Shown here: positions 1 to 13,119 of the stretch, piece by piece | Numbering within the stretch: position 1 is the first letter of the stretch | Layout of the letters: the number at the start of each line of letters is the position of its first letter | Assembly (NCBI GenBank): GCA_000320545.1 | Contig: ADNK01002830.1 | Span: forward strand, 32,292-96,291 | Direction: 5' to 3' | Length of the DNA: 64,000 bases | Source: Bigelowiella natans CCMP2755 | Lineage: Eukaryota > Protista > Cercozoa | Position numbers and translations under genes: made by a program | Notes under the pieces: generated by a model | What the model was told of the DNA's origin: nothing | The model's input: the letters and a program-made list of their open reading frames with translations, nothing else | Database searches by the model: none

Positions 1-1505
1 TGTAGGTACTACTACTACGACGACTACTACTTCTGCTACTGCTACTGCTACCACGACATTATTACTGTGTGCACCTTATACAAGTTTGCCATGTTGCCTA
101 TATTACTAAAAGCCACATCATATTGCCTCGTTTGTGCATAAACCTCAACGTGTACAAAGGGTTTTCTGAATCATCATATTCAAAGAAATAAACAAACATC
201 CTGAGTAACGACAACAACCGTATGTAGTGGTAGCGCCACGTTTTATAATAAACAAATGAAATCATTAATACACACAGAATCACACACAATCAATCACATT
301 TAATTGTAAAAATGTGCGTGCGTTTGTGTTCAGGTTTAAAATAGAACTTTTTCGAGGAATTACTGTATGGTTTTGAGAATTTGAGGAGGGTTATTCTGAG
401 GCGATCCTCGATTTAGCAGCCACATGGCAAGAGCGGATATGCAGTTCAGAGAACATATTAAAAGTCCAGTGAGTTTCCTGTGCACATCCAATCAACGCAC
501 GCAATCACAAACACACACACGCGCGCGCGCGCGCCCGTGGGAAAGAGAGCGAGAACAGAGGGGGCGGGAAGGAATGATTGCAGACAATTTTATATTGCAA
601 GTTACAATCATCACAGTCGTCGTCATCAATGATGCTGTCATCGTCGCTTATTATACAATTTTCCAAGAAGCTTACCCTATCACCAACCAGAAGACATATC
701 GAGCAATTTCAATCTTTTTCCACCGTCCAATAATAAGATTACGCAGCTTTCTGCTTCCGATTTTGATGCGTTTGCGAACACCAGGGCCGCTCGCATTTTT
801 AGTTCTCTTCTCATCACCCCCCTGCTTTTCGACGATGCCAGTGGCTGGCGATCGTATTTCTGGGTAATCTGAATCTAGTAGATTTGCTCCTCCGGATTGG
901 CTCTTATCTTTACGACTGTGACAATGTTGGTGGCCAAAACGTATTATTTATTATTATTATTTTCTTTGTGGTGTGCTCTTAGATTATATGTAGAATCTTG
1001 AAAACGCGTATCTCAAGCAAAGAAAGTTCCTTACTCCCGAAAGTCGAGGATAGACTTTATCTTGAACTTATCCGTTAGAACTTTCGCGTCCTTCTGTGTC
1101 GCGTAAGATGTGTTCGCAGATCTGTCGCGTCGTAGATTCTCAGGAATTAGCAATACGGTAGCGGCAATAATTTTATATTAATAGCGTTGCTGCTGCCGGA
1201 TACCGGAATATAACTCCTCGTCGTGTCTTGTGCCCCGACCCGCAAGGATAGCCTCCAAGATCCTATGGCGTAGAAATAGATCGTTCATGAGTTCAATGAC
1301 AGGTGCACGTGTACAAAGAGCTACTGCCGCATTCGAATATGGGTTTCTTTTCGATCGTTCTCTTCCAGAATAGAGGCTGTGCGGAAGGGAGCATGTATAC
1401 TGAAAAACTATCCCCACTCCCGGTGGTTTCAACCCGTCCTCGCTAACAGTCACAGGACGCACCCACCCTGAAGTTGTAGATTTGCTCGAAGCTGTCGGTG
1501 CTCAT
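1..1505 (-). CDS. Tyrosine/dual-specificity phosphatase of the Y_phosphatase3 (IphP/PtpB-like) family; multi-exon, C-terminus lies beyond the window start
   Basis: Spliced reading from ATG 1505 over GT-AG introns: MSTDSFEQIYNFR|DLGGYPCGSGHKTRRGVIFR|SANTSYATQKDAKVLTDKFKIKSILDFR...GNMANLYK. NFRDLGG...RS and IxDxR are family hallmarks. The catalytic HCxxGKDR motif is not inside the window. Confidence 0.8.
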
Positions 1506-1845
1506 TTCTCCCTGATCTGTTCGGTTGCTCTTTCCAGCAATACGATCCCTCATTTTAGACACAAAATATACCCAAATATATCGACTGAAACAGTTCCCCG
1601 TAAACACAAGCTGCATCTCTCGACGCCTCTATCTCAATCTCCCAAATATTTTTAGGTAAAGTCTATAACCGACTACATCTTAAAAATCGTTCACTAGCTA
1701 CCACCCAGTGTCTGTCGACGGAAAAGAACTCAAGATCATTGTGAGGGGAGGGGCACCGACCTCCACATACAATGCTCATGCCTTGTGTTATGTGTGCAGC
1801 ACACAGTCGTGGTTAAGTCGAGAACGCATTCTAACAGCGTCTGAC

Positions 1846-3548
1846 ATGAAAGGACGAAGGCTTGATGGAGAGGGGGGGAGAATAGCGGGAGGAGGAAGAG
1901 AGCGCTCCTCCGTCGTCGGAACCTCTCGGAGGGGGAGGGACAAAGACGAAAACAAAGACTCAGATGAGGAATCTGGTGATAGCAACAAGGACGATTCGTT
2001 GTTGAAGGCGGAGGCATCGAACCGACTTGCCAAGTTCCAGGAGATGCTCATGCCCGAAGACAGATATGTAGACGTCACTCAACTTAGAGAGCAAGCTAGG
2101 TCGGAAGAGAACAAATCAAAACAACCCCATTCATTGTAGTTTAAAATATCGCTATTGAGTGGTGGATGTAGCTGATCTCTATGTATTATTACGAATGATG
2201 CTGTTGCGCTGCTCAGAATTGATTAGCTTTTTTTCCTCCTCCAGCATAACCGCACTTGCTTGTTCCCGTCTTCTCCTCCACCTCCTCCTCCTTCTCATCA
2301 TTCGTTTTCGCTTAAGCATGATGGAATGCTGATAATTCAGGCATGGAATACCGAAACAGATGAGAGGGGAGGTTTGGAAGTACCTCATCGGTGTCGCCCC
2401 AAATGAAAGTAAGTAGGTGTAGTTGTAGTAGAGAAGAAGAAGAAGAAGATAATGATGATGATGATGATGATGATGATGGTGACCCTCATCTCCTAACTCA
2501 TTGCCAAGAATTTATGATGGTGGTAGTGCACTCATTATGTTCTGCTTGCTACTGCTGCTGCTGCTACTACTACTACTACTACTACGTCTGGCAGACAAGG
2601 AGAAACACTTTCAAAAGGACCTCAAACATAGCAGGGACGAAGATCCAGCTACATTCCAGGTTATTACGTTGATCTGAAAGATATCTCATTAACTGATGAT
2701 GATGATAATGATGATGATGGTGATGACTAACAACGTGGACATTTGCATGCGCCGTGCTCAATTAGATTCTGACAACGCAACATTACCTCCATTGATTCCT
2801 TAGAAAATAAGAAGGGATGTGACCAAGTTCATCGCCAAAAATCCAAAACTGAAGAGCAAGGTAATATACATCTCGTCTCGTCTCTATTCAACGTGTAATC
2901 GCATATTCGTACATGCATATCGAATCACGCACGCTCAGCCCTCCATTTCACTGTCGGTTGATCCCAAGACCTCATCTTTCTCATGCTGCACATCTCACCA
3001 CCATCGTAATTATGATTGATGAACGCACTCGTGCAGGTATTAGATTTGCAGCTAGGTCGTCTAGTAAGAGCCCATCTTCATTCAAGACCGTCGCTGGAAT
3101 ACCGATCTGGCCTTGTGCATATCATCGGTAGTAGCAGCAACCTAAAGACGCAATGCTGCTGGCTGCTGATGATAATTGTTTGCTTGTTAATGTAGGAATT
3201 TGCTCCGCTGTTGTGGATAAGCAGGTAGGAGGGAGGGAGGAAGAGAGAGAGAAGGAGGGGGGAGGGGAGAGGGAGATGGAGTATTGGAGGAAGGCAAGAT
3301 AGCAAGAACATACCGAGAGGGCTGCGTTGTGCTAATTTGACATAATGGCTCATTTGTTCCAACAAACGGGCTCTTACCAACCACCGTCTTTGTCCTCCTC
3401 CTCCACCTCCTCCTTCTGTGTTATTATTATTATTATTATTATTACTATTACTGCAGTTCGAAGTATACGTGATGTTCCGACGGATTTTGGACCTAAATAC
3501 CTACTACGAGTCAGTGTCAATGACGCTGCTGCTGCTACTGCTACTGCT

Positions 3549-3579
<31 letters not shown>

Positions 3580-3860
3580 ACGTCCTTCTTCTGATCCCAA
3601 CAGCAGCTCTGATCATTATTATCGGCTCTCTCTCTCTCTTGCTTTCTCTCTTCTCTTTGTTGTAGAAATCCTGATGACCACGATGGGAAGCGCTTGTCAG
3701 TCTTTCTCGCCCTCCTCCGACGATTCTTACCCTCCCTGTCAGTTGCAGTAGTAGTAGCAGAAGGAGGAGGAGGAGGAGGAGGAACTAGTCAACGATTACT
3801 GAAGCATCACTACTCTCCTCCTCTCCTCCTCTCCTCCTCCTCCTCCCCCCCCCTTTAAGC

Positions 3861-3896
<36 letters not shown>

Positions 3897-3963
3897 ATCA
3901 TCTACAGCAACACACGATGCTCCACTTAACAAGGCAATGTTCTTCCTCTTCTTGACTGCCATG

Positions 3964-4000
<37 letters not shown>

Positions 4001-4207
4001 ATCCTACTGCTTTGGAACAATCAGGGCAAACCTGTTCCTGAAAAAAGGGCTTTCGCCAAATCGATGGGCCCTCCTGGTGCACGAGAGAGAATATAATAGA
4101 GAAGAGGGGGAGGAGAAGGAGGGAGGAAAGAAGTAGAAGAAGAAATAAAACCACATACTACTAATGAATATTATCATTATGGCCACTACAGGAAATAAGC
4201 AGTAATC

Positions 4208-4244
<37 letters not shown>

Positions 4245-4413
4245 CGACAATATACTCTTCCTCCTCCTCTTCCTCATCCTCCTCCCCGAACAGTGGATTC
4301 AGGATCTTCTCGCATCAAGCCTCCCCCTCAAGTAAGAAGCTATACGATACGATAGCAGCAGCTAAGTTGTGTTTGTACTCGCTTCACATGGTAGAAGATG
4401 ACTTCACTACTAT

Positions 4414-4445
<32 letters not shown>

Positions 4446-4509
4446 TCACTACTACTACCACTACTGCTACAACTGCCACATTCACTGAACGGTTAGATTA
4501 ATAACATGT

Positions 4510-4547
<38 letters not shown>

Positions 4548-4822
4548 CTCCTCCCCCTTCTTCTTCTCCTTGTTCTGGTTGCATATTTCTTCCTGCTCTC
4601 CATCACCACCACCACCACCATAGATGCACGCTTCGCCTCTGGGACACATACCTAGCTGAAAAGGACGGGATGGGAGCTGCATCTCTACGTCTGCCTTGGT
4701 ACTCGTGTAGTGTATTCTGTGTTTGTGTGTGGGTGGGTGGGTGGGTGGGTTTACAACAGCAGCATTCTTACGTCTGCTGCCTTGACAGTGTGTCTGGATT
4801 GCCTTCTCTAACACTACCACCG

Positions 4823-4853
<31 letters not shown>

Positions 4854-5081
4854 AACTGCGACTCTTTTACTGATGCAGTAGTGAATCGTGCATGCCAACA
4901 CTTTTAGGATGATGATGAAGATGAAGGTGATGCTGATGATGGTATTATTGTGTATGATGGTTGTTAGCGATCTTAGCCATGTGTGAAGAGGATCTTCAAG
5001 AGCTGGACGGCGAGGAGCTTACTTGTACGTTGTTTGTATGTTACTAGGGGGGTGGAGATGATTGCATGAATCAGTGTATAA

Positions 5082-5136
<55 letters not shown>

Positions 5137-5399
5137 CCGACCCTCATTGTTACTACTTGGAAGAGGTTTGCTATCATCCCGTCAACTAAATGTGAAGAGG
5201 ATCTTTTCTAGAAGAAATTTTCCTTTTTTTGAGCGGACGAGAGCATGACGTACTTTTTTACGTGGCAGGGTATCTTCAGCATCTACCGTCCTTCGATATG
5301 GATTTGGTGCTACTGAGGGCACGGAATATGAGAAAAGAGGCATTGCTGGTACCAGGAAGAAGTCGTGCAGTTAAGAAGATGAAAAGACAAAAATCGTAG
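1846..5399 (+). CDS. TBC (Rab-GAP) domain protein with a divergent active site; multi-exon
   Basis: Exons read RHGIPKQMRGEVWKYLIGV, KIRRDVTK, EYRSGLVHII, WIQDLLASSLPL|KCTLRLWDTYLAEKDG, LHLYVCL|AILAMCEEDLQELDGEEL, YLQHLPSFDMDLVLLRARNMR...stop 5399. The start codon is uncertain, and there is one apparent frameshift near 4670. Confidence 0.85.
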
Positions 5400-6383
5400 G
5401 AAGACTAATTTTGGTCATGAGGGAGGTAATACGATCACAAACACTACCTACTTAGAATGATGTGCGATGCAACTAGAAATAGCAGATACAGTCACTAACG
5501 AGGCAGAAAGGGCATTTAACAATGACTACAACCTTTTGCACGGAATGTAACCGGTGTGAGTATATGAGCTACGCGTTGCGCTGGGGCATGGGCATTTACA
5601 TGTAATTATTATTTAGTTATCGTAGCAGCAGCATGGCTAAATTGTTGAGCGAACGAAACGCATGCATGTTGTATTATAAATAAGCCGACATTCCCGCCAT
5701 GTGTGTTTACACTGCTAGACTGCCTTGTGCATAGCCACTTGTATGCATGATATGATTATGTGCTAGAAGCAAATCAAAATGCTAATCTTACATACGAAGA
5801 ATACTAGAATGCTTCTCTGCGTTGGCATGCTATGCTTCGATTATATACAATGATCATGCATGCTGGATACCATACGCATGCAGCATGCAGCTGCTGATTG
5901 CGCGTCTAGACGTATACGTAACACACAATGTATGCACGTGGGCGACCAATCGCTGACTTAGCTAGTTAGCCTCCTGCAGCGATACCTAGATACGTTCTGC
6001 ATCAACTGTTGAGGCAATTATAACTAGATAAAGCCGCGCATGTACATGATGACCAAAGCGGTGTACAACTGAGGTATCATAGATCAGTCCCATCATGCAC
6101 ACGTGCGATGAATTCATGCCTACATAAACGTGCAGAACGACCAATCTGCGGATTGCTTTGCAGAGAAACATCCTGTGTGATCATGATTGATACTATTCAT
6201 TAATCGTATGCATCATCAAAATCATACACCAGCTCCAGGCACCGGGTTTCATTCGTTATTCTTCTCTAAATTAGCACACGTAACATTTGACATCAGAATA
6301 CAGGAAGGAGTCAGAACAATGTAAGCAGCAGTAGCAGCAGCATATCTCCACGTGTCTCTGCATCCCTCCCACCCTCCATCTAG

Positions 6384-6933
6384 CTATCTTGAATAAAGTC
6401 TATGTATGAACGCGTGGTTAGATATACTGTTTTGTACACTGTGAAGTAGTACCTGTCGTCTACATGCGACCGCAGCAGAAGGCTCGTGCTTCGAGAATCT
6501 CCGAATCTAACCGTAGTATGTGTATTATGTGTCATTCAGCAGGCAACAACAGGCCATCGATCGATAAATCATCACTTTTTGCAGGTACGCGTGCAGGACA
6601 TCTTTCTTGTGCGGTGTATCATCGCTACGGCCGTACTTTCCTTCCGACGGAGGGTAGAAAGATGGACGAGGACTCATATATATTACAGTCGCTTTCTTAC
6701 TTAAAGAACGTTCATTACCACTTGCGGTGTCTTCTTGTCATCGTAATAGAAGCTTATGCTGCTCATCGTGGTGGTGAGACAACGACGGGTGGTAAAGATG
6801 CATACCGCAAACAAACAACAAAAGACAATTCAGGAACATCGTCATTTTCGGGGATCTACCATGCATCATTATCATTAGTTGCAACTACAAATTCAAGAAG
6901 AAATATGGTTCGGAACATTGAGATACACACACA

Positions 6934-6972
<39 letters not shown>

Positions 6973-8614
6973 GGTGTTCAAAAGCGTCCTTATAAGCAAG
7001 CTCAGGGATGTGGGCGCCATTCCATGCTCCTATATTATTTACAACCGAAAAGTCAGAATCCTTACCAGGTATTAAGTCAATATGTGCTATGGCAAACAGT
7101 GTCCTATGGCAAACAGTGTCCAAATTAACGAACATCTTACCGCTGTCACATGCGGTGTAATTGTCCCAAAACTCACGAAATCCATGAGCGTATCTGTTGG
7201 TTGTGGATGTAGTAGCATCAGAGGGACTGCTGGCTGCTTCTACTGAGTCAAATAAGTTATTTGCTGCTGCTGCTGCTGTATGTTGCATCTCATCATAGCT
7301 ACTACGGCGACCACGTGAGGTACTAGCGCATGTACTATGCACACGTGATTTCACAGCAGCAAAGGTGTTTTTGCTATATCGTTATTGGTTGTCTTTTGTC
7401 TACTGCCTAATCTCCTCGCCTTATATATATCCTCTTTAGTTTAAGATACACGTCGTCGTCACATGTACGTCCTACCTACCTACCTACCTTCTAGGTGAAA
7501 AGATGAACTGATCCGTTAAATGTGTCACCTAGGTAGGAGGAGGAGGAGGAGGAGGAGGAGGAGGAGAGGAGGAGGAGGATGATGATGCAGGATAATCCGT
7601 GGGAGCATAATAATTTATGTGCATCGAGATCGGTAGAATCGCTGCTTGATTTATTGGTCGTCGTGGACCGGGAGATGTAGCGACAGCATGCAATAGGATG
7701 TTCTTTTCTGTGTGTTTGCTACGTTGTACCAATGTTGGGCGATCATGAAGTAGCTCCATAGCCGTTTTCACGGGGAAGAACCAGGCCACATCAGGGCGCA
7801 CCTTAACCACCTAACACACGATATCCTTGTGTGTATTGTGTGCTGCTACTGCTGCTGTTTAATTAAGTGGAACGCCATCGAAGGGTGTGTGCGTGGGGAG
7901 GGGGGGGGAGGGGGGGGGCGGTATGGAGCTACTCTTCTTTGCCTGCTGCTGTTTTATTCTTTCTGTTATGAGGACTTAGTGATGGTGGTTCCTTGTTTTT
8001 ACAATTGGCTATCATCGTCATCATCATCATCTCTCTGCGTATTCATACCGCATCAAACGTTGTATTGCTCGCTTGTTCGAAAGAAGTGACTTCTCGATAG
8101 CATTCGTGCCTGTGTATGTGTGTGTTTCCATGTTTGACGTAACGACGATATGCAAATAATACAAAAAAAATGATATTATGTAGCTTTACGTGTCGTCTCT
8201 GTTTGGACGTATACAACTTCCTCTCCCTTTAGCCCTCCCACTCTTTCTACAGTATGTTTGAACAGCTAGGATATCATCGTATGTGTCACGCAACAAGAAC
8301 ACATTTGAAGCTAACAAATTGACTCTTGGAAACAGCAAAAAGAAATTGCTTTAATGACTGTGCGGAGAAATCATCGCCGTTGCCGGGAGAATATTCATAC
8401 ATCGCTTTCATCTGAGCAAGGAATCTCTCCTGGTATTTTCCCACATAAAATGCATCTTCCTTTCTCTTCTTTGCTGCCTGGAGAACAACAACACGATTCA
8501 CAATAAATCATCATAAAGTAGAAATTTTTGCAAGACGTATAAGGAATAAGACGTAGTGTCTTCGAACCTGTCAATATCAACCAACATACTAGCAGCGCTC
8601 CTCCCCCCCCCTCC

Positions 8615-8658
<44 letters not shown>

Positions 8659-8844
8659 TATATACACTCGCTCAACAACACTTCCGTGATGATATAGACA
8701 TTACATCAGCAAAATACTACTACTACAACTAACACCTCTGCTGTGAGAGGGCATTTAGGGTTTGCAGATGGATTCTTGTCCTTCGGTCTCTTCGTTTCCA
8801 AATGCAACCACACCGGTTTGAGTGTCCTGACGATGACAAAATAT

Positions 8845-8876
<32 letters not shown>

Positions 8877-9464
8877 CATCATCATTATCATCATCATCAT
8901 CATCATCATCAGAGCAATCGAAAGACAAACGAAGATGATGGTGGTGGTGATGATGATGATAATGATGATGGAGGGAAACAATAAAGAAGACATGCCACGA
9001 ATGGCGGAATCCCAAAACATTAGCGCCTCTCTCTCTGCTGAACAAACTATCACCTTTCAACTCGTTGGTACTTTCATCTATCATATCGCCACCATCAAGA
9101 TTTCATCATGTACAGCAGATCTTCTTAAAGGCAATCATTCATCCATTCTTATTAATAGTAGTAGTACCTTAACACCGGACCTAGTGCATTGGTTGTGACA
9201 GGTACAGGCCTATGGATCATCATCATCATCATCATCATCGAGAAGAATAATAATAATAATAATGATGAGAAAATAATAATGACAAGGAGAAGAGGAAGAA
9301 GAAGAAGAAGAAGAAGAAGAAGAAGAAGAAGAAGAAGAGAAATGGGAAAAGATCCAAAAATCCTTCGTGGTGTTGTTTTTGCAAGGATCATAACACTTTC
9401 TCGTCCTCATCACTCAACCGACCTAAACCCCCCGTGCTTTCGCTGTTGTTTGGTTTCTGTATCC

Positions 9465-9502
<38 letters not shown>

Positions 9503-10709
9503 AAGTAAGTAGGCAAACCAGAAAACGAGAAATAGAAGGACGATAGGAGAAACAAAAGAGAAGTATAGAGGGAGCTTCTTGTAACGTTGCCATATATCTG
9601 TGCGCTGCTGGCAGGAGCGAGGTACCATGTCTTTAAGTGCATGAACAAAGCGACTCTACTTCGAACGGAGATTCGCTGCATAAAGTTGTCATCGAACCTC
9701 CTACTCGCATAAATGATAGGAATCAACCCACGCAATATATACGTCGATACGAAAGCAAGTACTGGGAATTGGAAGATGATGATTTAACAACTGTGCACAG
9801 TTATTCATGCAGTACCGATACACCCCCTTTTCAACCAGAGTTCTAGAATTGCCAACCTTTTTCCGACGGAACAGGAATGGTGTTTCCATTTGAAGCCCAT
9901 CATCAAAATAAAAGAGTAAATACAGATATACATAAGCACATACATTCGAGCAAGTAGTGCTACTCGATTTATTGAAAAAACGAATACCATACAAACAGCT
10001 ACGGTGGGATACATCTCTTTCCGCCTTCCGCCCATCTCTCCAGAAGCTGTGAATGGATACCCAATGATGGCATGAATCATATTTAATAACCCCCAGCAAT
10101 GCTAGTAATCCTGCTCTAATTGAAACCTTTCCAAAATTCCTCCGCACACGTCTTCGTTCGCCCTTCCGAGGTCGCCCTCTCGATTAACTCACCTATTTAG
10201 TCCGTTTCTTCTCGTTAATTTGATTCGATGAGTGACTCGTCGGTAAGTATTCTACTGGTGGTTATTGTGTCCCAGCCTTGATAGCAGACATTTGCTCGAT
10301 GATGATGCAACCCAGCATCGATCCCGAGGCCGCCATCATCCCTCTCAGGAAGCGAGTGGTTTGTGCTGCTGATCCTGCTGCTATGCTTGATCTCCAGAGG
10401 TTCGAAAACCAAAGCTGGCATATTTAGAAGTGGACAACAACATTGCAATAGGTGAACATCGTGCAAGTCAACGCTTCTGTTGTCTCGTTAATTGCATGTA
10501 GTAGACCCACATCCGCTATTCGCCCGTTGAGGGTAGCAGACAAAGGAGTGCAAGTTTAGAGCTGTGAGGGAGAGGATAAGGATTATCACAGCCAGCAGGA
10601 GGAGAGGTCCACGCCCTAGCATGTGTTCATTCGTGTTGCTGCTTCGCTGGATGATCTTCCATTCCGAGTTGGAGTTGGGATTCGGTTGTGTATTTTCTCT
10701 CTGCGACAT
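6384..10709 (-). CDS. Hypothetical multi-exon protein with an N-terminal signal anchor; C-terminus weakly glycosyltransferase (GT-B)-like
   Basis: Hydrophobic segment PLLLLAVIILILSLTALNL in ORF 10488..10760. Coding-like exons with GT/AG borders at about 8320-8480, 7590-7810, 6970-7260 (SGKMFVNLDTVCHRTLFAIAH) and a last exon IRRFSKHEPSAAVACRRQVLLHSV...stop 6384. The exon chain was not fully resolved. Confidence 0.5.
9215..9340. repeat. Compound trinucleotide microsatellite (ATC)n(AAT)n(GAA)n
   Basis: Directly visible, intronic. Confidence 0.9.
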
Positions 10710-11041
10710 ACTTCTAAGACATACTTCTGAGGATGTCGCAGATCCTAAATTGCCATTCATTCACACCAAATGCCGAACCGACGAACCGCTTGTGAGAGCG
10801 TCATTGTCATCAGATGCATGGAATGGATAGACAAAATTTTGTAGCGACAACTGATAATGCACGTCGTAGCGAAAAAAAGTACACAAATCCATGGACCAAA
10901 AATCTCAAAAACAAGTGGCCTTTCCTCCCCTGCGACTTGGATCAATGCTGTGTTTTTTTCTTGTTCAGGTTCGAGCCGAGTTCCGAGTGAGCAGTCGGAT
11001 TCGATTCCTATTAAGGTGGCGGCAAGCACGCCTGCCTCTGC

Positions 11042-11397
11042 ATGATGTCTGCAGGCCCCGAGACATTTCCCCCCCCGCTCGATGAAGATAATCTAATCAA
11101 ATGCCTGGAGGCCGTTAGTTCAGGTTCATTATTTGTGCTCATGTGGCAGCAAATTTCACATCACACTTGTTTCGACCTTGGTTTCCATAGATGTCACAGA
11201 GAGAGCGCATAGAGCAATAAACGCCACTTACCTTGTGTTGAATCTGGATCTCTCTCCTAGTGTCCCCTAGCGTTAGAAAGCAGGCCGAGGAAAAATTGCA
11301 CCAAATGCAGAATTGTTACCCGGTATGTTGATATATAAATATGAATGAAAGTGTACATGTATACATTTGTATAAATATGCATGCATGGACACACACT

Positions 11398-11478
<81 letters not shown>

Positions 11479-13085
11479 GTAAGAACGTGTGTGTGTGTGT
11501 GTGTGTGTGTGCATACACCTTCACCCAAATGAATCGGAAAATGAATAATGAAGATTCTGACAACCAAAAATTAAGGTAAAGTTTCTTCAAATCCTTGTGG
11601 GTATTACGGATTACAGGGCAAGCCCCTACAACAATTACGATGCTTGCTGGCATCTTAATAAGAAATTTTATGAGAGATAAGGTACATCCGCTGTCTATCT
11701 TCACACTTTCACTCCTCTAAATTGTTGCGCATAACATTTTGGAATTAGAAAGCGGATTTCTGGAAGAAAATAGGAGAAGAGTCCAGGCATTCTATGCTTC
11801 ATACGGTTCCACAAATACAAATATCTCTTAAAATGGTGCAATCTTGAGCAACACAGTTGTGCAACCTATAAATATCAGTTTCTGAACAAAATTAAAGCAT
11901 CGGATTCCAAGAGTTCCACATTGAATTATCTGATCCAGGTTTATAAGCTATTTCCATACTCCCACCATGAATTTTACGTCAGTAACCCTTAACCCTAATT
12001 TTCAGCCCTTCTCCGCGCTCTTTGAAAAGGAATTGGAGGCATTCAGTGCGCCGCAATCCATCTTGAGATCTATCATCACAATCGAGGATCCCCTCTTCCC
12101 GAAGCCTAATCGATTCTTTTTAATAGCTCAGATATTTGACACAGTAAACCATTCCCACGACCTGTTCGTTGCTGTTGAATCGTTTTCTCATCTCCTCCTC
12201 ACAGAATTTAAGACTTTGGTAATTTCTTCTGTCTCCTCCAACGAAAATCAGGAATGTGCCAAGCATTTGGGGCCATATGTCGATGATATCTTCAAGCAAG
12301 TCATGGTTTCCATTGGGGATGATGAGACGGAAACTGTGAGAACTTCTGCCACAAAAGCATTAGCTTCCATGTCTTGCTATGTTCAAGATATTATGGTGAA
12401 CAAGCCGCAATTTCCTTTAATTCGAGAAGCACTAAAGATGACACAGATGGTTTATGCCATGGCAGGCCCTCCGAGCTAAAGATGTGTTAGCGAAGGTGCT
12501 CAAAAGTTTTAGCCAACAGCATCATGAACTAAAGGAAATCGACCAGAACTTGCTGGATTTCCTCACCGGATGTATTCGGTCAAATTTTAAGACGCTGCGG
12601 CCATTTCTAGGCGACATAGTGAAGCTGATTTCAAAGGACCTGTTTCCCTGTGATAACGTCGCGCCTCTAGAAGTCCTGCTGGATATAATCGAGAAAGAAC
12701 AGTGGATCAAAGAAGATCGTCAAGTATGCATTAGATGGACATTTCGCATACTGTTGTTGAATCCGTCCTTCTGCATTGCTTATCAGCATGTTTTTTATTA
12801 AAATTAATTAAGTATGATAAAGATGAAGATGGTAAAGTCTCGTTGCAGCTAAAGGTCTCTGGTCCTGCGATCGTCTTAAAGTTTATCAAATTTATTTTGG
12901 ACGCAGAGAGTGATATGGTTCTCTCTCTCTCTCTATCTTTCTATCTCTCTTTCTCTTACCCTCTCTTCTTCGTCTTCCCTATGTTCTGTTGTCTCCTGCC
13001 ATACCTCTACCAACCATCTAGACCAAATCGAACTTGTACGGTGTATCCATTCTCGCAGTTCTCGTCATCATATAAATATGTGTAC

Positions 13086-13119
<34 letters not shown>

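Noticed and set aside
98-289. Apparent 18-29-nt or GC-AG introns in the phosphatase gene
   Set aside because: A single ordinary exon (QKPFVHVEVYAQTRQYDVAFSNIGNMANLYK) with canonical borders explains the region.
10960-11010. tRNA T-arm/B-box-like words (ggttcgag, ggattcgattcc)
   Set aside because: No cloverleaf or A-box could be built around them.
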